A stretch of 64,000 nucleotides of DNA from an uncultured Nitrospirota bacterium (GTDB taxonomy: Bacteria > CG2-30-53-67). The translations under genes and the position numbers were made by a program. Shown piece after piece: positions 29,997-38,434 of this stretch. The notes under the pieces are model-generated. The model was not told the DNA's origin. It did no database searches and saw only the letters and a list, made by a program, of their open reading frames with translations. The stretch spans positions 495-64,494 of the forward strand of contig CALZGC010000039.1 of assembly GCA_945786985.1 (NCBI GenBank). The letters are read 5' to 3'. Each line of letters starts with the position of its first letter. Position 1 is the first letter of the stretch.

Positions 29997-31348
29997 TGAT
30001 TCCTACGCGTATACTTTGTATCACAGCACTCTTGCTATGTCTTTACACACAACTGACCCTGGCGCCGGTGGAAGGGGCCGACGCGCTACCTCATGCCGGC
30101 CTGGCCGACGCCGCACCGGAGGTCTGCTTCAAATGCCACAAGGATCTTGCCACGCCCCCCGAAGGAGGCGTCGTGCATGCAGCCTTCGGAATGGGAGACT
30201 GTTCCATCTGCCATCTGCTGGGAGCGGACAACCGGTTCCAACTCATAGACACCGGCGCCGGCCTCTGTTACATGTGTCACGATGCGAAAAACACCCAGGC
30301 CAAGGTCCACAGCCCCGTAGCCTCAGGGGACTGCATCTTGTGTCACAATCCGCACCAGTCCCCCAACCCGAAGATGCTCATGGACTATCCGGTGAACAAG
30401 CTTTGCTTCAACTGCCACGATGAAGCGATGGCAAAGCATGCCTACGTCCATGTTCCCGTCTCAGAAGGGGAATGCACGAGCTGCCACGACCCCCATCAAT
30501 CGCCGCACGACAAACAGCTTCGGGAAGAGGGAAACAACCTATGCCTCATGTGTCATGCGGACAAAGAAGAGGATCTGAAGACCAAGAAACACGTGCATGA
30601 GGCCGTCGAAATGGTGGGGTGCACGGGCTGCCACAGTCCGCATGCCTCGGACACCAAATACCAGCTGCTCAGCGCACCCCCTGACCTCTGCTACACCTGC
30701 CACTCCGACAAAGAGGGGCCGGTGAAAACGCCGCACGGCGCCATCGAGATGAAAGGGAGCTGCGTCAACTGTCATGACCCCCATGCCTCCGACCATGAAG
30801 CACAATTAAAGGCTGCGGAAAACAAAGACCTCTGTCTCAAGTGTCACGATCGCAGGCGGAAGACAAAAAGCGGCTATATCCTCAACATGAAGGCCCATCT
30901 GGAAAAGAACCCGGAGCACCACGGGCCCATATTAATGGGAGACTGCGCGTCCTGCCACAACCCGCACGGCTCCGACGAATGGCGGATGCTGAAAAAACCT
31001 TTTCCGGCGGAGTTTTACGTCCCCTTTAAGCTGGAACGCTATGGCCTCTGTTTCGAATGCCATGACGAATCACTGGTTCTGGACGAGAACACGACGGCCA
31101 ACGGGTTCAGAAATGGCGAGATGAACCTGCATTTTGTCCACGTGAGCGATCCCCGTAAGGGTAGACGGTGCGTCGTCTGCCACGACGCCCATGCAGCCCA
31201 AGGACCGAAACATGTTCGGGAGACCGCCAAATTCGGGTCATGGGACCTTCCCATACGCCTCGAACTCCTGGAAGACGGCGGACGCTGTGCCCCCGGATGT
31301 CATCTCCCCCGGGCATACAACCGTAGCAAACCGGTAAAAAACAGGTGA
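29996..31348 (+). CDS. multihaem c-type cytochrome (14 CxxCH plus a C-terminal CxxxCH)
   Basis: Signal peptide. Motifs CFKCH, CSICH, CYMCH, CILCH, CFNCH, CTSCH, CLMCH, CTGCH, CYTCH, CVNCH, CLKCH, CASCH, CFECH, CVVCH, CAPGCH. Recurrent CxxCHxPHxS spacing typical of doubled-CXXCH/c7-type polymers. Confidence 0.9.
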   Translation: MIPTRILCITALLLCLYTQLTLAPVEGADALPHAGLADAAPEVCFKCHKDLATPPEGGVVHAAFGMGDCSICHLLGADNRFQLIDTGAGLCYMCHDAKNTQAKVHSPVASGDCILCHNPHQSPNPKMLMDYPVNKLCFNCHDEAMAKHAYVHVPVSEGECTSCHDPHQSPHDKQLREEGNNLCLMCHADKEEDLKTKKHVHEAVEMVGCTGCHSPHASDTKYQLLSAPPDLCYTCHSDKEGPVKTPHGAIEMKGSCVNCHDPHASDHEAQLKAAENKDLCLKCHDRRRKTKSGYILNMKAHLEKNPEHHGPILMGDCASCHNPHGSDEWRMLKKPFPAEFYVPFKLERYGLCFECHDESLVLDENTTANGFRNGEMNLHFVHVSDPRKGRRCVVCHDAHAAQGPKHVRETAKFGSWDLPIRLELLEDGGRCAPGCHLPRAYNRSKPVKNR

Positions 31349-31519
31349 TTATGACAAAAACATGCTGTAAGATGGGCGAAATCGCTCACAAACTGCGGTA
31401 AAAAACTCATTTCCGCCAAGACGAATCCTTTGTATAATGACAACTAAAGGGGTGTTGAGCCAAGCTAACCAACTGAAAACAAAAGATTTAGCTAAAAGTC
31501 AACCCCTTGAAACCCTCGT

Positions 31520-31535
31520 TGGCACAGCTCTTGCT
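31520..31535 (+). promoter_or_regulatory. sigma-54 (−24/−12) promoter for the 4-haem cytochrome gene
   Basis: TGGCACAGCTCTTGCT, a perfect TGGCAC-N5-TTGC. Followed by a ~175-nt leader before ATG 31710. Confidence 0.65.
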
Positions 31536-31709
31536 TACGTTATATGGAGAGAAAACAAATTTAAGTGATTTTTGGATTACGATAATCGGTGCAAACCAAA
31601 GAAAAAAGGAGGTGAAGATTCAACCCAGGGAAGGGGACGCGGGGGTTGGTTCCCCAAAAAGATTTCAAAGTTCACCATAGGGTGATTTCACAATCTTAGA
31701 GGAAGGAAG

Positions 31710-32378
31710 GTGTACATCATGAAAAAAGTATCCGCTATCATCTTTGCCATCATTTTCGCAGCCATGACGGCGGGCGTTGCCGTCGCCGGCCCCGGACCTG
31801 GAACCGGGATTTCGGGATCCAAGCATGACCTCAGCGGCTTGGTCCCCGGAGAGGTCCAGCTCTGCATCTACTGCCATGCGCCCCACAACGGAACCGGAGC
31901 CGCAGGCGGCCTTCTCTGGAATCATTCGCCGTCGGCAGCAACCTACAATATGTATACCGAGGAGGCTGCGAGTGACCCCGCTTTCGCGAACTTCATCAAC
32001 GGCGCGCAGGATGCGGAGCCGACGGGCTCTGCAAAACTCTGCCTGAGCTGTCATGACGGCACGGTGGCCATCGACGCCTACGGTGGCGCTGCAGGGACGG
32101 TCAACATGACCGCCTTTCCCAACGCTAATCTGGGCCTCGACCTGTCGGACGACCACCCCATCTCCATCGTCTACGATGACGCGGCTGATCTCGGTCTGTT
32201 TCCGAAGGCCGCCGTCAACCTGGGTGCGGTGAATCTCACGGACATTCTCGAGAACGACAAAATCAACTGCGTGGCCTGCCACGATGTGCACAACTCTCCC
32301 GGAGAGACTGTGGACGCTCCCTTCGTCAGGGTGACCATGACCGGCAGTGCTCTCTGCCTGAGGTGCCACGACAAATAA
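31710..32378 (+). CDS. tetrahaem c-type cytochrome (doubled-CXXCH-type)
   Basis: Signal peptide. SKHDLS motif, then CIYCH, CLSCH, CVACH, CLRCH. Confidence 0.88.
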   Translation: MYIMKKVSAIIFAIIFAAMTAGVAVAGPGPGTGISGSKHDLSGLVPGEVQLCIYCHAPHNGTGAAGGLLWNHSPSAATYNMYTEEAASDPAFANFINGAQDAEPTGSAKLCLSCHDGTVAIDAYGGAAGTVNMTAFPNANLGLDLSDDHPISIVYDDAADLGLFPKAAVNLGAVNLTDILENDKINCVACHDVHNSPGETVDAPFVRVTMTGSALCLRCHDK

Positions 32379-32409
32379 GCCTTGGCATGATCCTCAACCG
32401 AATGCAGCA

Positions 32410-32442
32410 AAGCCCCTATGAGATTTCATAGGGGCTTTTTTG
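32410..32442 (+). terminator. Rho-independent terminator
   Basis: GCCCCTATGAGATTTCATAGGGGC hairpin followed by TTTTTT. Confidence 0.7.
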
Positions 32443-32610
32443 GGGCTCTCACCGAGGAAATCTTTGGCAAGCGTCCACTGCAAAGGGGGGTTTTTCGACG
32501 GCATCGGATGGACTGGGCACAGAATCGAGGCACCGCAGTCAGGGCAAAGGAATCTTTCGGCCCTCGAGTGTGGGGTGCGATAGCGTGTCAATTTTGCCTT
32601 AAATACTTTA

Positions 32611-32639
32611 TTGACACGTTTGAACCTGCATGATAAACT
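32611..32639 (+). promoter_or_regulatory. candidate sigma-70-type promoter for the NHL-lipoprotein operon
   Basis: TTGACA-N17-TAAACT, ~80 nt upstream of ATG 32716. Confidence 0.3.
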
Positions 32640-32715
32640 TGAATATATTCAAAAGGTTAGCTTGTCAGGAAAGTGCCCAGATCTTTCAGCATCATTCCAA
32701 TTGGAGACAGAGAAG

Positions 32716-35169
32716 ATGATGGCTTCGTATGCAAGGAACGCCGCGTGCCGACGAATCGTACTCACCAGCCTCCTTGGCTGCTGTATGTCGCTATTCCTGG
32801 GGATAGGCTGTGCCCCTGTGCAGAAGAAACTGGGCACCAGTTTCTACCCGCCGCCGCCGCAGCCGCCCAAGATACAGTTTCTCGCACGCGTCGCTTCATC
32901 CAAGGATGTGGTACCGACGAAGCGATTTCAGAGCTTTGTCATCGGTGAGGAGCCGCCCAACCGCTTCATCAAGCCCTACGGTGTGGAGGCGCAGAACGGC
33001 ATCATCTATGTCTGCGATATGCGGCGCGCCGCCGTCGCAGAGATCGATATCGTCGACCACAAGTTCCAGTGGCTGCGCAACGAAGGCGCCGGAAAACTTC
33101 GAAAGCCGATCAACCTCGCGGTCGACAAGGACGGGACGAAATATGTGGCCGATGTCGCCCTCGGCCAGGTCATGGTTTACGACAAAGCCAATCGCTTCAA
33201 GAAAGCCTTCGGCACGGAAGGTCAGTTCAAGCCGGTGGATGTGGCGGTCTTCGAGGAGAGGCTCTACGTTCTCGATATCCAAGACCATCAAGTGGAGATC
33301 CTGAACAAGAACACCGGCGCCGTTGTAGGAACCATCGGCAGCCCCGCCTTGGAGGAGGGGCAGCTCGCAAAGCCGTCAAACATCTATCTAGACAAGGACG
33401 GCAATATCTATGTCACGAACACGCTGAACTGCCGCATCGAGAAATATGATGATCAAGGCAATCACCTGCTCTCCGTGGGTGAGTGCGGGGATGCGATCGG
33501 CTCTTTCATCCGGCCCAAGGGCGTTGCCGTCGACGACAAAGGTTTCATCTATGTCGTCGATGCGGCCTTTGAAAACGTGCAGATCTTCTCGCCCCAGGGG
33601 GAAACCGCTCTTTTCTTCGGCGGTCCAGGCGATGCCTCTGTCCCGGGAGCGCTCTGGCTCCCGGCCTCCATGGATATTACTTATGACAAGAGTCTGATCG
33701 CCTCCCTGAATGAAGTCCGCAACCCGGATTTTGATATCGAGTATCTGATTCTCGTCATGAGTCAGTTCGGTCCCCCCTACCTGAACATTTATGGATTTGG
33801 TGAACCTCGGGCGGCGTCACCTCTGGCCAGAGGCGACGCGGACGCCTACGAGCCTGAAACGGGCAAGCTCGAATCCGCCTCCGTACCGAGGGAGGTGGTA
33901 CCGGAAGAACCGGTCACACGAGCAACGGAAGAGGAAGCGGCACCCGAAAAGCTGGAGCCGCCCCCAACGGCGCTCGACAAGCCGGAAGTTGCCGCCGTCT
34001 CCAGCCCGTCCGCAGTGGATCAGGCGCCGGCCGTTGAACCGACCCGGCCTCCGGAGCCGAACGAAACAGATAAAGAAGAGAAGGAACTCGTTTCACTGAT
34101 CGAACATTGGAGAAACTGCTGGGATACCCTGGACTTCAATTGTTACATTGATCATTACGGCAGCGAATTCAAACACGGCAAGATGGATCTCGCCGGGTGG
34201 CGAGCTTACAAACGCTCCATTTTCAGGGAAAAGAAGCCCGTCGAGGTACAACTGGAGGACATCCGGATCTCCGGATCGGGGTCGAACCGGCGGGCGCGCT
34301 TCATGCAGACCTTTCGCTCCGGTCGGCTCAGCGACTACGGAGAGAAGGCGCTGACCCTAAGCCGGGAAGGAAACACCTGGAAGATCATCGGAGAAGAGTG
34401 GACAGCCGCCGAAAAAGTCGCGAAGGCGACCGTACCCGAAGCCGGCGATGCAAACCGTTCTGAGATTCTGAGTTTCATCGAGGGGTGGAGAAACTGCTGG
34501 GAAAGCTTGGACTTCAATTGCTACATCGATCATTACGGCAGCGGATTCAAACACGGCAAGATGGATCTCGCCGAGTGGCGAACCCATAAACGCTCCGTTT
34601 TCAAGAAAAAGAAGCGCGTAGAGGTTCAACTGGAGGACATCCGGATCTCCGGATCGGGATCGAACCGGCGGGCGCGCTTCATGCAGACCTTTCGCTCCGG
34701 TCGGCTCAGCGACTACGGAGAGAAGTTACTGACCCTCCGTCGAGAAGGCGACGCTTGGAAGATCATCGCAGAGAAGTGGACAGCCGCGGAAAGAGTCGCG
34801 AAGCCGACCGTACCCGAAGCTGGCGATGCAGACAGTTCTGAGATTCTGAGCTTCATCGAGGGGTGGAAGAACTGCTGGGAGTCTCTTGATTTCGACTGCT
34901 ATATGGAATATTACGGACAGGGCTTTCGGCATCATAAGATGGGCCTGGCTGATTGGAAAGATCACCGGCGCGGCGTCTTCTCCCGACAGAAGAACGTCCG
35001 TCTCACGTTCGAGGACATGGAGATCTCCGGGTTCGGATCAGATCGCAACATCCGTTTCCTGCAGACCTTCCAATCGGGACGATACACCGATTTCGGTGAA
35101 AAAAGATTGACCCTTCGCAAGGAAGGAGAAATCTGGAAGATCATCCGGGAAGAATGGAAGGCCCGGTGA
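32716..35169 (+). CDS. NHL-repeat beta-propeller lipoprotein with a Pro/Glu-rich linker and three tandem copies of an uncharacterised ~126-aa domain
   Basis: Lipobox LFLGIGC. Six YVxD-type NHL blades (IIYVCD, KYVADV, LYVLD, IYVTN, IYVVDA...). Linker. Three repeats: ILSFIEGWRNCWESLDFNCYIDHYGSGFKHGKMDLAEW...SGRLSDYGEK...WKII. Confidence 0.85.
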   Translation: MMASYARNAACRRIVLTSLLGCCMSLFLGIGCAPVQKKLGTSFYPPPPQPPKIQFLARVASSKDVVPTKRFQSFVIGEEPPNRFIKPYGVEAQNGIIYVCDMRRAAVAEIDIVDHKFQWLRNEGAGKLRKPINLAVDKDGTKYVADVALGQVMVYDKANRFKKAFGTEGQFKPVDVAVFEERLYVLDIQDHQVEILNKNTGAVVGTIGSPALEEGQLAKPSNIYLDKDGNIYVTNTLNCRIEKYDDQGNHLLSVGECGDAIGSFIRPKGVAVDDKGFIYVVDAAFENVQIFSPQGETALFFGGPGDASVPGALWLPASMDITYDKSLIASLNEVRNPDFDIEYLILVMSQFGPPYLNIYGFGEPRAASPLARGDADAYEPETGKLESASVPREVVPEEPVTRATEEEAAPEKLEPPPTALDKPEVAAVSSPSAVDQAPAVEPTRPPEPNETDKEEKELVSLIEHWRNCWDTLDFNCYIDHYGSEFKHGKMDLAGWRAYKRSIFREKKPVEVQLEDIRISGSGSNRRARFMQTFRSGRLSDYGEKALTLSREGNTWKIIGEEWTAAEKVAKATVPEAGDANRSEILSFIEGWRNCWESLDFNCYIDHYGSGFKHGKMDLAEWRTHKRSVFKKKKRVEVQLEDIRISGSGSNRRARFMQTFRSGRLSDYGEKLLTLRREGDAWKIIAEKWTAAERVAKPTVPEAGDADSSEILSFIEGWKNCWESLDFDCYMEYYGQGFRHHKMGLADWKDHRRGVFSRQKNVRLTFEDMEISGFGSDRNIRFLQTFQSGRYTDFGEKRLTLRKEGEIWKIIREEWKAR
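34084..35166 (+). repeat. three tandem 378-bp coding repeats (about 98% DNA identity between copies 1 and 2)
   Basis: An approximately 100-bp stretch CTGGAGGACATCCGGATCTCCGGATCGGG(G/A)TCGAACCGGCGGGCGCGCTTCATGCAGACCTTTCGCTCCGGTCGGCTCAGCGACTACGGAGAGAAG recurs at ~34252 and ~34630 with a single internal mismatch (period 378). Confidence 0.9.
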
Positions 35170-35266
35170 GCACCCGTAGAAATACCACAAAACACAGTGC
35201 GAACGCCCCCGCAGGCCGACCCATACCGCCTGCGGCGGGTTAGTCCTCATGGGAGGATACCCAGGC

Positions 35267-36349
35267 ATGAACCGTTACACCCGCATGCTGCTCATCGGCA
35301 CAGCCATTCTGGCTGTCACCCTTGGGCAGGCCTGCCAGCAAACGACCAAGCACAAGATCCTCAGCACACTCTTTGATGGGGTGCCCCCTCTGGAGACGGG
35401 CACACAGGAAGAAAGCACCGCGTCCGCGGAAACAGGCGCTGAGAATGCCGATCTCCAAGGGGCGGCGGAAAGAACGTACCGGGCAAGAAGAGCCCAGACC
35501 GCCCGAGCCTCAGGAATGGTCAAACACCCCCCCTATGCGGCGAAGATGTGCGACGGCTGCCACCAGGTGCGTCAAACCGCATCAGTCGCGCCCATGGGTT
35601 TTTCCCTGCGGGCGGAGAAAGACAAACTGTGCAGCCTGTGTCATGAGGACATGTCGCAGGAGGCACTGCAGGGGCGCTACCGGTGGATCCACGGTCCGGT
35701 TCAGTACGGCGCGTGTCTTGAGTGTCATAACCCCCACGAATCCCCCTTTCCCTTCATGCGGAAACAACCGACGGTCCGCAAACTTTGCCTCAATTGCCAC
35801 GACGAAGGGTGGTTCCGGGCTTCCGAGATTCATAGCGGCTTCGACGAAACCGAATGCACAGACTGCCACAACCCTCACGGCAGTCAGTTTCGCTATATGT
35901 TGACTTTCAGCGATGAAGGCACCGTTGAAGCAGCCGCAAAGACCGCTGCGCCTGCCAGCAGGAAACGTGAACAGGTGGCATCTTCTGCTCCGGCTGTGTC
36001 GGAACCCGATCGCGAATCACTCCTCGCCTTCCTGCGGCACTGGGAGCAATGTTGGGAGACCCTAGACCTAGAGTGCTATCTCGGCTTTTACGCACCGGAT
36101 TTCCGCCAAGGTGCCCGGGACCTGGAAGCGTGGAAGGCCTACCGGACGTCCGTCTTTGAAAAGAGCCGAAAAATAGACCTGACACTGGAGCGCATGGATG
36201 TCCAAAGTCTTGGAGAGACCTTTCAGATCACAGCCTTGCAGCGCTATCGGTCCGATCGGCACGAGGATGTGGGTACCAAGAAGCTTCGGGTGCGCCGAGA
36301 GGCAGACAGCTGGCAGATTATGCGGGAGACCTGGACCCCGAACAATTAG
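35267..36349 (+). CDS. pentahaem c-type cytochrome lipoprotein with a C-terminal copy of the same ~115-aa uncharacterised domain
   Basis: Signal/lipobox AVTLGQAC. CDGCH, CSLCH, CLECH, CLNCH, CTDCH. C-terminus LLAFLRHWEQCWETLDLECYLGFYAPDFRQG...WQIMRETW is homologous to the NHL-protein repeats. Confidence 0.88.
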   Translation: MNRYTRMLLIGTAILAVTLGQACQQTTKHKILSTLFDGVPPLETGTQEESTASAETGAENADLQGAAERTYRARRAQTARASGMVKHPPYAAKMCDGCHQVRQTASVAPMGFSLRAEKDKLCSLCHEDMSQEALQGRYRWIHGPVQYGACLECHNPHESPFPFMRKQPTVRKLCLNCHDEGWFRASEIHSGFDETECTDCHNPHGSQFRYMLTFSDEGTVEAAAKTAAPASRKREQVASSAPAVSEPDRESLLAFLRHWEQCWETLDLECYLGFYAPDFRQGARDLEAWKAYRTSVFEKSRKIDLTLERMDVQSLGETFQITALQRYRSDRHEDVGTKKLRVRREADSWQIMRETWTPNN

Positions 36350-36391
36350 CCCGGAAATGTCGTCAACGAGCTTTTTGAGCCAGGGCTTTTC

Positions 36392-38434
36392 GTGAAGAGA
36401 AAGACAATAAGACGGATGAAACGTCAAATGGCCGAAGGGCTCCTCGCATGCGTGATGTTCGCATTTTGCGTTCTATCCGCCTATGGTTCCGCCGGTGCCC
36501 AGGAAACGAGTCCCTTCCGCATTACCGGAACCCGAGGGTTTGTCGGCTTCGGATGGGAGCGCGAGGATGAGACACGGCAGGAAAGCCGCGGTCTTGGTGA
36601 CGAAATTGAGGATGTGGACAGCGAGATCTTTGAAGAGATCGGTCTCGGTGTCGACGGATTTGTCTACCATCCGCTGCTCTTAGACTTCCGGGCCGATGTG
36701 GATGCGGTCTTCAAACAGGTCGACTTCAGCACAAACACCAGAGCCATTCCGGACCAGGATGAGAATTATCTCAACTACGACATCTTTGCGAGAATCCTCA
36801 AAGAGCACCGGCTCTCTTTCTGGCTGAGCTCCAACCAGCAGCGCCAGGATATCAACACACCCTTCTTTGACACAAGCCGTATTACCACCACGCAGCACAG
36901 CGCCGGCTTCACCTACCTGCATCCGGTCATTCCGGTCTGGTCCGGCTACTCCCATGAGACCTCCGATGGCGAAGGGAGCGTACAACGGGATGAACAGCGG
37001 GACAAACTCTATGTCGAGGCCAAGAATGAGGGTCCGCTGGGCGACAGCCTGCTCCGGTATGAAAAGGAGGAGCGCGCCGACGATTTCAGCGATGTCGATT
37101 TGAAGATCGACGCCCTGGACTTCACCAACATCTTCCCCTTCGGCGTCGACGACCGCCATGCGCTTCGCAGCCAGTTGCGCTACCAGGACCAGCGGGGCAC
37201 GAGCCCCATTGAAACCACTTTCATCGATGAAAGTCTGGACTTTCGCCACAGCCAGCGGTTGCGAACTTATGCAGGCTTTTCCTATTACGATTCGGATTTC
37301 GATGTTCAGACCACCAACCAGACACGCTACCGCGCCGGCTTGGAGCATCATCTCTACGACAGCCTGGTCACCACCCTGGAAGGGCGCGTCGAGAATTACG
37401 AAATCGATGAAGGCTTCAACGACAGCTACGCAGGAGATCTCGGCCTCAATTACCGGAAAAGGCTGCCCCTCGGTTCGCTGGATCTGCGGTACCGCGGCGT
37501 CATCCGGCGGGAGGACGAAGACTTCTCCGGTAATGTGACCAGCGTTTTCCTCGAGAGTCACACCTTCGGTGAGCTCATTTTCGACGAGATCGTTCTAAAC
37601 CGGGATTTCGCGGTGTCGGACTCCATAGAGCTCGTCGACGCGAGCGGCGTCCCCCTCGTCGATCCCGGCCTCAACCCCGTCACCGAGGGAATCCACTATC
37701 AGATTATAGTCGTGGGAAAGGTGACGCGAATCAGGCTCATTCCGCCGGCGGGCAGCTTTCTTTCCGGTGCGGATGTCTTCGTCAATTACGATTCCGTACC
37801 ACAACCGCCCATCGAGTTTACCTCCTATGAGCAGTTCTACGGGGCCACACTCAATCTCAAAGATATCTGGAGGGTCTACTACGCGGGCGCACGAATCAAC
37901 CAGGTATTGCGAGACGGTGTTGATTTCGGCAACCGGCTGGATGACATCCGGGACCGTACCTATGGCCTTGAAGCCAACTACGGCTTTTCAAGTAGCAAAG
38001 CGGAGAGAAAAGAGCACCACTCCAAAAGGAATCCCTTTGAGACGGACTTCCTTTCCCAGGAGTTTCAAATCCACCTGTGGAACAACGCGGACCTCTTCTT
38101 GACCGGTATTTACTCGGACACGGTCACCTTCGAAGACGTCGATCGCACGATCGATCGCGTTGCCTCGGCGCGGCTCGCCGTCTTTCTTTCGAAGCTTCGG
38201 TGGGCTCAATGGGATATTGAAACGACGTATGCGAACCGCGATCTCATTAATGAAGACCAGGAGAGCGTGAAGCTTCGCACCGAATTTTTCTGGCGGTACA
38301 AACGGATCGATTTCACCGTCACTTACGAGTATTGGAACCTTGACCGGGAAGTATTCGGAGACGAAGACAGCCACTACTTCTTTGTCCGTTTGAGAAGATT
38401 TTTCGGAACACAAGACCGGAGGGCACGGCGATGA
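36392..38434 (+). CDS. large outer-membrane beta-barrel protein (candidate porin of a porin–cytochrome conduit)
   Basis: Signal peptide (LLACVMFAFCVLSAYGSAGAQE). 680 aa of alternating aromatic/polar beta-strand patterns, rich in Y/F/W/D/R, with an aromatic C-terminal region (FTVTYEYWNL...HYFFVRLRRFF). Similar in size to MtrB-class 26-strand barrels. Stop overlaps the next gene's start (ATGA). Confidence 0.55.
   Translation: MKRKTIRRMKRQMAEGLLACVMFAFCVLSAYGSAGAQETSPFRITGTRGFVGFGWEREDETRQESRGLGDEIEDVDSEIFEEIGLGVDGFVYHPLLLDFRADVDAVFKQVDFSTNTRAIPDQDENYLNYDIFARILKEHRLSFWLSSNQQRQDINTPFFDTSRITTTQHSAGFTYLHPVIPVWSGYSHETSDGEGSVQRDEQRDKLYVEAKNEGPLGDSLLRYEKEERADDFSDVDLKIDALDFTNIFPFGVDDRHALRSQLRYQDQRGTSPIETTFIDESLDFRHSQRLRTYAGFSYYDSDFDVQTTNQTRYRAGLEHHLYDSLVTTLEGRVENYEIDEGFNDSYAGDLGLNYRKRLPLGSLDLRYRGVIRREDEDFSGNVTSVFLESHTFGELIFDEIVLNRDFAVSDSIELVDASGVPLVDPGLNPVTEGIHYQIIVVGKVTRIRLIPPAGSFLSGADVFVNYDSVPQPPIEFTSYEQFYGATLNLKDIWRVYYAGARINQVLRDGVDFGNRLDDIRDRTYGLEANYGFSSSKAERKEHHSKRNPFETDFLSQEFQIHLWNNADLFLTGIYSDTVTFEDVDRTIDRVASARLAVFLSKLRWAQWDIETTYANRDLINEDQESVKLRTEFFWRYKRIDFTVTYEYWNLDREVFGDEDSHYFFVRLRRFFGTQDRRARR

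Noticed and set aside
31598-31672. Possible leader peptide starting at the GTG within AAGGAGGUG in the cytochrome 5' UTR
   Set aside because: The GTG is part of the Shine-Dalgarno-like motif itself (no spacing) and there is no ATG; treated as part of the candidate RNA element instead.
34084-35166. Tandem repeats as a possible CRISPR array
   Set aside because: The units are 378 bp, in-frame protein-coding, with no short spacer/repeat alternation and no cas genes nearby.
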